Source of the DNA: an uncultured Heliobacteriaceae bacterium
Lineage (GTDB): Bacteria > Acidobacteriota > Blastocatellia > RBC074
Length of the DNA: 64,000 nucleotides
Direction of reading: 5' to 3'
Assembly (NCBI GenBank): GCA_964468345.1
Contig: CAYXVZ010000025.1
Location: 5,328-69,327 of the forward strand
In this document: positions 19,179 through 27,618 of the stretch, in pieces
Position numbering within the stretch: position 1 is the first letter of the stretch
How the letters are laid out: each line of letters begins with the position of its first letter
Made by a program: the position numbers and the translations under genes
Notes under the pieces: model-generated
What the model was told of the DNA's origin: nothing
The model's input: only the letters and a program-made list of their open reading frames with translations
The model's database searches: none

Positions 19179-20573
19179 ATGTTGAACAAGCCGGATATTT
19201 CATCGACATTCGCTCCCGAAATCGCGTACGTGCTCAAGGGTTTCGGCCGCACGTCAGAAACCTTTATCAGTAATGAAATCTTTCTGCTCGAATCGCTCGG
19301 CGCGCGATTGCAGCTTTTTTCCATCAAGAAACTCGAAGGCCAGCGGCTGCATGGCGTCGTCAGCCGCATCCAGTCGCCGGTCGCCTTTTTGCCGGATGCC
19401 TCGCCGGTCAATGAAACCAATTTCCTGTTCTGGTTGCTGCTCACGCTGCCGGGCTTTTTCGGCGCGCACCTGTATCTGTTTCTCTCGCGCCCCGCGCTGT
19501 ACCTGCGCGTTCTGTTCGAATCCCTCGAATACTGCGTCCGGCTCCGGTCGAAACCGTGGATTCCCAAAAAGGTCTTTTTCAAGGAATTCATTCAGGCCGG
19601 GTATGTGGCGCGGGAGGTGCTGCGCCGGCCCTCGATCCGTCACCTGCATGCGCATTTCTGCCACGGCGCGACGACCGTCACGATGTTCGCCAGCCGCCTG
19701 GCCGGCGTGCCCTTCAGCTTCACCGCGCATGCCAAGGATATCTATCTGGAAGAACTCAATCCGCGCGATCTGCTCGACGTCAAGATGCGCCGCGCGGAGT
19801 TCGTCGTGACTTGCACCGAAGCGAATCTGCGGCATTTGAAACAGCGCGATACGGGCACGACGCCGGTTCACGCGATATATCACGGCCTGGATCTCTCGCT
19901 GTTCACGCCCGCGGAAGAGTCGGCCGCCGTTTCGATTCCTCTGCTGCTCTCGGTCGGCCGGATCGTCGAGAAAAAAGGCTTCGATTATCTGATCCGCGCC
20001 TGTCATTTGCTGCGTCGACAGGGACGCGTCTTCAAATGCCTGATCGTGGGCGGGGCCGACAAGCATTCCGAGTTTATCAAGGGGCTGATTCGCGATCTGG
20101 AACTGGAAGACGTCGTCGAGATGCGTTCTTCAGTCACGCAGGAAGAACTGAAACAAATCTATCAACAGGCCACGGTCTTCGCGCTGCCATGTTTGATCGG
20201 CGACAACGGCGACCGGGACGGCATTCCGAACGTGCTGGTCGAGGCGATGGCCATGCAGTTGCCAGTCGTTTCGACTTCGATCTCGGGCATTCCGGAACTT
20301 GTGCAATCGGGCGTGAACGGTTTGCTCGTGGCATCGCGCGATGAAGTGCGGCTCGCCGAGGCTATCCGGGCGCTCTTCGACAATCCGGGACTTCGCCAGC
20401 GCCTTGGGCGGGCCGCGCGAGCGCGCGTGCTCGAATCCTTCGATTCCAGCCGCAATACGCAATTTCTCAAAGCCCTGTTCGATGCCAGGCTGCGCGCGGC
20501 GCTGCCCGCCAGAGATCGCCGGGCGGCGGAACCGGTGCGGGAAAAAGCAGAAAGCGGGGTGCGAATCCGATGA
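19179..20573 (+). CDS. GT4 glycosyltransferase, WcaL/AmsK-like
   Basis: N-terminal ETFISNEIFLLESLGA.., central HAHF..GATTVTMFASRLAGVPFSFTAHAKD, C-terminal GT4 core (LPCLIGDNGDRDGIPNVLVEAMAMQLPVVSTSISGIPELV). GAGGA Shine-Dalgarno before the ATG at 19179. Paralog at 38185. Confidence 0.8.
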   Translation: MLNKPDISSTFAPEIAYVLKGFGRTSETFISNEIFLLESLGARLQLFSIKKLEGQRLHGVVSRIQSPVAFLPDASPVNETNFLFWLLLTLPGFFGAHLYLFLSRPALYLRVLFESLEYCVRLRSKPWIPKKVFFKEFIQAGYVAREVLRRPSIRHLHAHFCHGATTVTMFASRLAGVPFSFTAHAKDIYLEELNPRDLLDVKMRRAEFVVTCTEANLRHLKQRDTGTTPVHAIYHGLDLSLFTPAEESAAVSIPLLLSVGRIVEKKGFDYLIRACHLLRRQGRVFKCLIVGGADKHSEFIKGLIRDLELEDVVEMRSSVTQEELKQIYQQATVFALPCLIGDNGDRDGIPNVLVEAMAMQLPVVSTSISGIPELVQSGVNGLLVASRDEVRLAEAIRALFDNPGLRQRLGRAARARVLESFDSSRNTQFLKALFDARLRAALPARDRRAAEPVREKAESGVRIR

Positions 20574-22549
20574 TTGCAAAAACGGCTCATCCAATTTTTC
20601 AGGGCGTCTGCGGGACGCTTTCGCGCGGGGCTTTGCTGAATTACTTTTCGCGCCGCGAATCGGTTCGGTATTTTCCCGTGATCGATGAAACCCAGACCAG
20701 TCCAACCCGGACCGCCCAGGTCTTGCAGAACATTTTCGAGTTCAACGAAGAAGCGCATCGCCTGCCGCCCGATTTCGATTGGACCCAAAACCCGAGCCCG
20801 GATGTCGAGTGGCTGATCCTGTTGCACAAGTTCTATTACGCGACGGGACTCGGCATTGCGTACGATGAGTCATGGGATGAGCGCTATGCGCGCAAATGGA
20901 TTGAACTGACGCAGCGCTGGATGGATCAGGTCCCGCCGGATTTTCTGCCGAGCGATGTCGCCGGGCGAAGGATTCAGAACTGGATTTCAGCGCATTACTA
21001 TTTCATCAACCAGATGTTGCCGGTCTCGATCGGGCCGGAATTTTATGACCGCTTTCTGGAATCGCTTCACGCGCAGGTGGGGCATTTGCGCAACAATCTC
21101 ACACCGTCGCGCAATCATCGCACGCTCGAACTGTGGGCGATTTTCTATGCCGCGGTCGTTTTTCCCGAATTTCGCGAATCGCGCGCCTGGCGCGAGTTTG
21201 CGATCGAGGAACTGGCCCGAAATGCGGAATCGGATTTTCTGGCGGATGGCGTTCACTGCGAACTGTCGACGGACTATCACCACATCGTCCTGCGAAACTT
21301 CCTGCACGTCGTGCGCCTCGCGCGAATGAATTCGATCTCGCTTCCGCGGGCGCTCGAAAAGAAAGTGAAACTCGCGCTGCAGTTCGCGATGCACGCGCAC
21401 CGGCCGGACGGCGCGATTCCGGCGCTCAGCGATGGGGACAGCATGTCTTATCTGCCGCTGCTGCAATGGGGCGCCGAACTCTACGATGACGAAGCGATGC
21501 TTTATGTCGCGACCCAAGGCAAGCAGGGACGGCCGCCCGCCGATCGTTGCCGCGCTTTTCCGCAGGGCGGCTATTACACGCTGCGCAGCGGTTGGGGAGG
21601 TCGTGAATCGGCCTTCGGCGATGAGCGCGCTCTGATCTTCGACTGCGGTCCGATCGGCGAGGGCAATCACGGCCATCTCGATCTATTGCATTTCGAGGCT
21701 TCCGCCTATGGACAATCGCTGATCGTCGATCCGGGCCGTTACACATATCACGAGCCCAAGGAGGATGGGGAATACAACTGGCGCGTGCATTTTCGCCGGA
21801 CCCGCGCGCATAACACGGTTGTGATCAACGATCAGGATCAGGCGCGCTATGAATTTCGAAAGTCGAAATTCAAGATCTCCGGGCCGCATCCGGGCTATCG
21901 AATGAATCAATTCGTCTCCCTCGCGGGGCTCGATTACCTGCACGGCACGGCCCTCAGCCACGAATATCCGGCCGTGCACGAGCGGAAGATCCTTTTTGCC
22001 GCCGGCGAATACTGGATCGTTCTCGACCGGCTGACGGCCGAAACCCCGCACCAGTATGAACAATTGTTTCATCTGTCCGACGCCGCGCATGGGCGCGTAA
22101 CGGGAGTCATCAATGGGGAAACGCGCATCGTCGATGCTCCGCACCTGCGCATCGCCAGCCTGCGTGAAGACGATTGCGCGATGACGATTGAAAGCGACTG
22201 GGTCTCGCGGGTATATGGATCGAAACATCCCGCCCCTGTGTTGTGCTTCCGGCGCAATGCCGCGACGACGGATTTCACGACGGTCTTGCTCCCCTATCGG
22301 GATCAGCGGCCCGGACTGTCGATCGAGCCCGTGCTCATCGAAGGCGGCGCAAACGAATGCACGGCCTTTCGCGTGAAGATCGAACGCAACGGCGAGCGGA
22401 TCGAAGATCTTTTCGCGATCGTTCATTCGCGCCGCCGGGAATCGTATGCCTGCGACGGCATCGAGTTTTCCGGCACGGCGCTGCACGTTCGGCGAAATGC
22501 GAAAGGGCAGGCGATCACCCGGAACGTGGTTCCTTTCATTGAGTCATAA
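20570..22549 (+). CDS. heparinase II/III-like protein (polysaccharide-lyase-like)
   Basis: ATGA overlap with the upstream gene. N-terminal alpha/alpha toroid region (..WLILLHKFYYATGL.., NHRTLELWAIFYAAV). C-terminal Hepar_II_III region (GNHGHLDLLHFEASAYGQSLIVDPGRYTY, HNTVVINDQDQ). Confidence 0.8.
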   Translation: MIAKTAHPIFQGVCGTLSRGALLNYFSRRESVRYFPVIDETQTSPTRTAQVLQNIFEFNEEAHRLPPDFDWTQNPSPDVEWLILLHKFYYATGLGIAYDESWDERYARKWIELTQRWMDQVPPDFLPSDVAGRRIQNWISAHYYFINQMLPVSIGPEFYDRFLESLHAQVGHLRNNLTPSRNHRTLELWAIFYAAVVFPEFRESRAWREFAIEELARNAESDFLADGVHCELSTDYHHIVLRNFLHVVRLARMNSISLPRALEKKVKLALQFAMHAHRPDGAIPALSDGDSMSYLPLLQWGAELYDDEAMLYVATQGKQGRPPADRCRAFPQGGYYTLRSGWGGRESAFGDERALIFDCGPIGEGNHGHLDLLHFEASAYGQSLIVDPGRYTYHEPKEDGEYNWRVHFRRTRAHNTVVINDQDQARYEFRKSKFKISGPHPGYRMNQFVSLAGLDYLHGTALSHEYPAVHERKILFAAGEYWIVLDRLTAETPHQYEQLFHLSDAAHGRVTGVINGETRIVDAPHLRIASLREDDCAMTIESDWVSRVYGSKHPAPVLCFRRNAATTDFTTVLLPYRDQRPGLSIEPVLIEGGANECTAFRVKIERNGERIEDLFAIVHSRRRESYACDGIEFSGTALHVRRNAKGQAITRNVVPFIES

Positions 22550-22589
22550 GGGCGCTATTTGTGCCTCACCATAACGGAGGAAAGAAAAA

Positions 22590-22680
22590 TTAAAAGGCAA
22601 AAGGCAAATATCAAAAGGCAAAAAGATTGCCGGAAAGTCGATGTGATAAGGCGAGGTTCGCACTTTTGCCTCTTGATTTC
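22590..22680. repeat. GCAAAAG-family palindrome, copy 3
   Basis: TAAAAGGCAAAAGGCAAATATCAAAAGGCAAAAAG ... CACTTTTGCCTCTTGATTTC, after the stop of the heparinase-like gene. Confidence 0.8.
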
Positions 22681-22760
22681 TTTGACAGGGGGCCAATCTT
22701 ATCCTGCTCTGATTTATCGGTCTTGAATTTTTAGATCGGTTTGCAGTTGCGTGTACGGTC

Positions 22761-22844
22761 AGCCACGAATGCACACGAATAAGCACGAATGACGCTACGC
22801 CAGATCATTAAGTTCATTGGTGTTCATTCGTGAATATTCGTGGC
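22761..22844. repeat. CACGAAT-repeat palindrome upstream of the kinase/GT/ABC operon
   Basis: GCCACGAATGCACACGAATAAGCACGAATGAC ... AGTTCATTGGTGTTCATTCGTGAATATTCGTGGC: three direct then three inverted CACGAAT units, 60-150 nt upstream of the 22906 start. Confidence 0.75.
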
Positions 22845-22905
22845 AAATAATTCTCTAAATTTTCATACACTGAGATGAAAATTGCTCTAGGAGTGCCTGA
22901 AACAA

Positions 22906-24372
22906 ATGATTACGCAAGCAGTACCAAATTGCGATTCCATGCTGCCGCAACTCGATTGGGTGTTGAACCCGGCGCGAATGCGGCTGATTTTTGCCGAAGC
23001 CCTTTTTGCGGAATCGGCGCGATACCGGATTGCGGAATGCGAAATTCTGCAAACGCGATACAAGCCAGGCAAAAACTGTCTGGTCAGCTATGGGATAAAA
23101 ATCATCGACGCCGAAACCGGCGAAGGCTTCACGCAAATGCTGTGCGCGCGGATCTATCCGCCCGAAGCCAGCCGCTCCCGCTTTGCGAAGACGTTTCCGC
23201 ATCCGGCGGCACCCGCGCCTTTCAAGGCATCGGTGATTCATCTGCCCGCGCTCGAGATGATCGTCTGGCTGTTTCCCTGCGAGCGAAAATTGACGGGCCT
23301 GCCGCAACTTGCGGACGCGGGGTTGCTCGAACGAGAGATTCTGCCGCCGGTGATCGCCGCGAATTTCGGCGCGGAATGGGGAATTGCCGAGTTGGGCACA
23401 GAGATCGTTCATTACGTTGCCGAGCATACCTGCATGCTGCGAGCGCAGGTTCGATTGCAAAATGAGCGGACCGGCGAACAACGGCATGAAACGCTGTTCG
23501 GGAAAACCTATTACAACGACGATGGCGCGCGAAGCTTTCAAACAATGCGGCAATGCGTGGAGCAGAAAGGGCGTGTCGCCTTTGCCCGGCCGCTCGCCTA
23601 TCAGGCGGAAATTCGCACGCTGTGGCAGCTCGGACTTGCGGGGCATTCCCTGCATGAAGAGCGCAAATCAGGCCGAATAGGAAGGAGCTTCCGGCCGCAA
23701 TTGCGAAAGGCCGGCGCGGCGTTGGCGGCATTTCATCAGATTCCGGTGGATGGGATTCCGCGGCAGTCCGAGGCGGAGTGCCTGGCGCGTCTCGACCGGC
23801 TCGACCAGATGGTTGCGATTGCGCGGCCCGCGCACGCGCAACGCGTGGGGGAATTGATCGAGGCCATCAAATGTGGGCGGCCGGCCTTACGGTCCGTCGC
23901 GACCCTGCATGGCGATCTGCATCTGAAAAATTTTTTCCTGAGCAACGGTGAGATTGCCATGATCGATCTCGATAACGTTCACGTAGGCGATCCGCATCTG
24001 GAGCTCGGCAGCTTTCTGGCCAGTCTCTATTTTCAGGAACTGTTGAACGGAAGGCGCCTCGACGCCGCCCGCGTCGATGGACAGGTCTTTGTGAACGCGT
24101 ATGTGGAATGGATTCCATGGACGATCGAGCAGGGGGCGCTGGAATGGGCCACCGCTTATGCGCTGCTGTCCGAGCGCGTCTATCGGCTGATTACGCGATG
24201 CAAGCATGACGACGCATCAATCCTGGAGCGCCTGCTCGATTGCGCGGAGGAACTGATCGCCCGAACGCTTTTTTCGTCGGAAGCGCCTCAAGACGGTGTC
24301 GCCGAACCCACTTTCATGGAAAGGAACCAGCCGCAATGGAATTTGAGCATCTCGTCCGGCCGCAGGGCGTAA
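22906..24372 (+). CDS. aminoglycoside-phosphotransferase (APH)/protein-kinase-like fold protein
   Basis: GGAG Shine-Dalgarno 12 nt upstream. Catalytic-loop-like HGDLHLKNFFLSNGEIAMIDLDNVHVGDPHLELGSF (Brenner motif HGDxHxxN plus a D-loop). Confidence 0.7.
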   Translation: MITQAVPNCDSMLPQLDWVLNPARMRLIFAEALFAESARYRIAECEILQTRYKPGKNCLVSYGIKIIDAETGEGFTQMLCARIYPPEASRSRFAKTFPHPAAPAPFKASVIHLPALEMIVWLFPCERKLTGLPQLADAGLLEREILPPVIAANFGAEWGIAELGTEIVHYVAEHTCMLRAQVRLQNERTGEQRHETLFGKTYYNDDGARSFQTMRQCVEQKGRVAFARPLAYQAEIRTLWQLGLAGHSLHEERKSGRIGRSFRPQLRKAGAALAAFHQIPVDGIPRQSEAECLARLDRLDQMVAIARPAHAQRVGELIEAIKCGRPALRSVATLHGDLHLKNFFLSNGEIAMIDLDNVHVGDPHLELGSFLASLYFQELLNGRRLDAARVDGQVFVNAYVEWIPWTIEQGALEWATAYALLSERVYRLITRCKHDDASILERLLDCAEELIARTLFSSEAPQDGVAEPTFMERNQPQWNLSISSGRRA

Positions 24373-25679
24373 TCACAAGCCTGCAGCATCGACTGCCGAA
24401 TCTGTCGCAGGGAGACTTCGAAATCGATCAGTGCCGGATTCTGCACCTGAATTACAAGCGGTATCTCAAGCCCGCCTCGCGGGACAAGTCCTGTTTATCG
24501 GCCGCCTATCAACTCGAGATCGAGCGCAGGACGACCGGCGAGCGGAATTCGCAGATCATTTACGCCAAGGCTTTTCTCGGGAACCGCAGCTACGGTGAAT
24601 TGGAGAAAGCCTTGCGCCGCCCCTTGCGCCCCACAAAACTTGGCATTCCGCTGGTTCATCTGAACGATCTCGGGATGGTGATCTGGACCTTTCCGAACGA
24701 TCCGGAAATGACATGGCTCGGGGAATTGACGGATGCCGAAGCGGTTCGAAAGCATCTGCCCATCGAGGCCGATGCCGACCTTGAAATCGAGATCGTCAAT
24801 TATCGTCCTGAAGTGCGATGCACCCTGCGGTATGAATTTGACGGCCGCGCGCTCTATGGCAAAACCTTTTGCGACGATCGCAGTGCGGAGATTTACCGGC
24901 GAATGGAATGGCTCTGGACCTTGCAGCGGCAAGCGCCCGGCGCGTTTCCGATGGCGCAGCCGCTCGGCTATGACAAATCGCTGCGCACGATCTGGCAGGA
25001 GGAATGGACCGGTGAACCGTTGGCGGCGGCGCTCACTTTTGAGAATTACGCTGCCATCGCGGCGCAGATCGCAGCCCGGCTCGCTTTTCTGCATCAGGCC
25101 GCCGTGCCGGCCTCTTTGCCCACCGAATCGCGCCTCGATCCGGAGGCACAGCTCGACGAGGTGAAAAAGAAAATCGATAAGCTTTGCATGGCCTTTCCGC
25201 CGCTTGCGTCCCAGTTGCAGCGGCTCGGGACGGAATTGCTGCTCAAACAACGGCTCCTGCCGGAAGCGCGGCCCTGTCTGCTGCACGGGGATTTTCATTT
25301 GCGGCAGATGCGCATCCGGCGGGACGAGATCGCGCTATTTGACTTCGACGAATTGGCCGCCGGCGATCCGGCCGAGGATCTGGCCAACTTCATTGCGGAC
25401 ATGTATGCGCATACCTCGGGATATGCCGTCGAGGAATATCCGTTGCTTCCTTCGCTCGCCCCCAATGTCGCCTCCGCCCTGCTCGATTCGTACATGCAAT
25501 GCACAACGGCCGCCGTCGCGCCGGATCGCCTGCAATGGCATCTGGCCGTGCAATCGCTGACGCGGGCCTATCGCGCCTGGCTGCAGCAGCCGCCTCGCCT
25601 GGAAGAACAGGTGCAATATTTAATCGACTTCGCGTATCAAACGCTGATGAGTTCGACACTCAACGTCAGCAGGATATGA
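24336..25679 (+). CDS. APH/kinase-like fold protein (second, tandem)
   Basis: LLHGDFHLRQMRIRRDEIALFDFDELAAGDPAEDLANFIADMY. Start at MEFEHLV overlaps the upstream gene by 37 nt; the start could be later. Confidence 0.65.
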   Translation: MEFEHLVRPQGVITSLQHRLPNLSQGDFEIDQCRILHLNYKRYLKPASRDKSCLSAAYQLEIERRTTGERNSQIIYAKAFLGNRSYGELEKALRRPLRPTKLGIPLVHLNDLGMVIWTFPNDPEMTWLGELTDAEAVRKHLPIEADADLEIEIVNYRPEVRCTLRYEFDGRALYGKTFCDDRSAEIYRRMEWLWTLQRQAPGAFPMAQPLGYDKSLRTIWQEEWTGEPLAAALTFENYAAIAAQIAARLAFLHQAAVPASLPTESRLDPEAQLDEVKKKIDKLCMAFPPLASQLQRLGTELLLKQRLLPEARPCLLHGDFHLRQMRIRRDEIALFDFDELAAGDPAEDLANFIADMYAHTSGYAVEEYPLLPSLAPNVASALLDSYMQCTTAAVAPDRLQWHLAVQSLTRAYRAWLQQPPRLEEQVQYLIDFAYQTLMSSTLNVSRI

Positions 25680-26860
25680 ACCGATCGATGAAGAGAAAAG
25701 TTTTATTTTATTGCCAGCACGTTCTTGGCATGGGCCATCTGGTTCGCAGCGCCGAAATCGTTCGCGGCCTGATCGATGAAGGAATGTCGGTTTCGTTTCT
25801 CAACGGAGGCGAACTGGCGCCGGGCACCGCGCTGCCCGTGGGAATGCGCGTCGTCATGCTGCCGGCGCTGGCCTCGGATGCGGATTTCAAGGATCTGCGC
25901 GCGGCCGATTCCTCGCTGGCGGTTGAAGAGATTCTGCAACGGCGCAAGGAAATGATTCTCGCGGAATATCGCCGCTTTCAACCGGACGTTCTGGTGATCG
26001 AACTGTTTCCCTTCGGTCGCAGGAAATTCGCTTTCGAATTGATGCCCCTGCTCGAAGAAGTTCGCGCTCACGGCGGCCGGACGAAAATCGTTTGCAGCTT
26101 GCGCGATATCCTGGTGAGCAAGCGCGATCAAACGCGATTTGAGGACAAGGTGATCGCCGCGATGAACGAATATTTCGATCTGTTGCTCGTTCATTCCGAT
26201 CCGCGGCTGCAAACGCTCGATGAAACTTTTCCGCGGATCGGCGAAATCCGAACGCCGATCCGCTATACCGGCTTTGTCGCGGAGCAGGTGGACGAAACAG
26301 CATCCGCGGAGCCCGTAGCCGCGGGACTGGCGCGAATTCTGGTCAGCATCGGCGGCGGCCGGGTCGGCGCGGAGTTGCTGGAATCCTCGATCGCCGCCAG
26401 CCGCGTGCTCGACGGCCTGTTGCCGCATCGGATGCAGCTTTTCGCCGGACCGTATATGGCCGAAGAGGAATACCGGCGGTTGCGGGAACTCGCGGCGCGC
26501 GCGCCGTCGGTTCGATTCAATCGGCATACGACCCGTTTTCTTTCGCATTTGAAAGTCGCGGACCTGTCGGTGAGCATGGCCGGATACAACACCTGCATGA
26601 ATATTTTGACCACCGGAACGCGATCGCTTGTCGTGCCGTTCACGGGCGGAAACAACCAGGAACAGACGATTCGGGCGCAAAAGCTCGAACAGCTCGGCGC
26701 GCTGCGCATGCTTGCGCCCGGTGAGCTCCAGCCGGATTTGCTGGCGCGCCGAATTCTTCATTCGCTGGAGCAGGATCGCGGGCGACCGAGCCCGCTCGAT
26801 CTGAACGGGCGAAAGACCGCCGCGCGCGAAATCGCGCTCTGCGCGGGAGGCAACGGATGA
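25676..26860 (+). CDS. predicted glycosyltransferase, MurG/GT28-like (COG4671-type), paralog of 17918
   Basis: ATGA overlap with the upstream stop. RKVLFYCQHVLGMGHLVRSAEIVRGL.., C-terminal ..LSVSMAGYNTCMNILTTGTRSLVVPF. Confidence 0.7.
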   Translation: MNRSMKRKVLFYCQHVLGMGHLVRSAEIVRGLIDEGMSVSFLNGGELAPGTALPVGMRVVMLPALASDADFKDLRAADSSLAVEEILQRRKEMILAEYRRFQPDVLVIELFPFGRRKFAFELMPLLEEVRAHGGRTKIVCSLRDILVSKRDQTRFEDKVIAAMNEYFDLLLVHSDPRLQTLDETFPRIGEIRTPIRYTGFVAEQVDETASAEPVAAGLARILVSIGGGRVGAELLESSIAASRVLDGLLPHRMQLFAGPYMAEEEYRRLRELAARAPSVRFNRHTTRFLSHLKVADLSVSMAGYNTCMNILTTGTRSLVVPFTGGNNQEQTIRAQKLEQLGALRMLAPGELQPDLLARRILHSLEQDRGRPSPLDLNGRKTAAREIALCAGGNG

Positions 26861-27618
26861 ATGAGGAACTGAGCCTGCTGCGCCAGGCGCTCGAACAACT
26901 CGAACAGGAAGGGCGCGCCATCGACGTTTTTTTCCGGGATGACGACATCGACTGCAAGGAAGATTCGTTGCGGCGCATGCTGGATGTTTTTTATCTCCAC
27001 GGCGTGCCCGTCAATCTCGAAGTCATACCGGGGGCGCTGAAGGATGAGGCCGTCGGCTGGCTGCGCCAACAACTCGCGGACTTTCCCGGCCTGATCGAAT
27101 TGAATCAGCACGGCTGGATGCACACCAATCACGAACTCGAAGGAAAGAAATGCGAATTCGGTCCGTCGCGCAGCTTCGAGCAGCAGATCGCCGATCTGGC
27201 AAAAGGGAAGCACTGCATGGACCAGGCTTTCCCCGGCGCGTGGATTCCGGTCTTCACGCCGCCCTGGAACCGCTGCACGTCCGATACATACCTTGCGATC
27301 GAGGCGCTCGGCTTTCGCGCGCTTTCCAGGGATCGAGGCGATGTGCCGGTGACGGCCTATAACTTCGCGGAGATCTCGACCTCGATCGACATCATCCGAT
27401 GGAAAGGCGAGACACGGCTCAAAGAGCCCGCCGAGATTCTCGCGGCCGTTCGCGAACAAACCCGCATCGACGAGCCGATCGGCATTTTGCTTCATCACAA
27501 GGTGATGACTTCGGCCGCGCTGAGTTTGTTGTCGCTGTTGATCGAAACGCTGAGCCGGTCTCGCTCCGTGCGGTTTCACCGGTTTCAGGATTTGCTTCGC
27601 GACGAAAGGTCAGAATGA
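26857..27618 (+). CDS. polysaccharide-deacetylase-like (NodB-like) protein, tentative
   Basis: ATGA overlap. FFRDDDI (TFDDG-like motif 1), NQHGWMH (H-x-x-x-H-like motif 2), ..FTPPWNR... The assignment is weak. Confidence 0.45.
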   Translation: MNEELSLLRQALEQLEQEGRAIDVFFRDDDIDCKEDSLRRMLDVFYLHGVPVNLEVIPGALKDEAVGWLRQQLADFPGLIELNQHGWMHTNHELEGKKCEFGPSRSFEQQIADLAKGKHCMDQAFPGAWIPVFTPPWNRCTSDTYLAIEALGFRALSRDRGDVPVTAYNFAEISTSIDIIRWKGETRLKEPAEILAAVREQTRIDEPIGILLHHKVMTSAALSLLSLLIETLSRSRSVRFHRFQDLLRDERSE

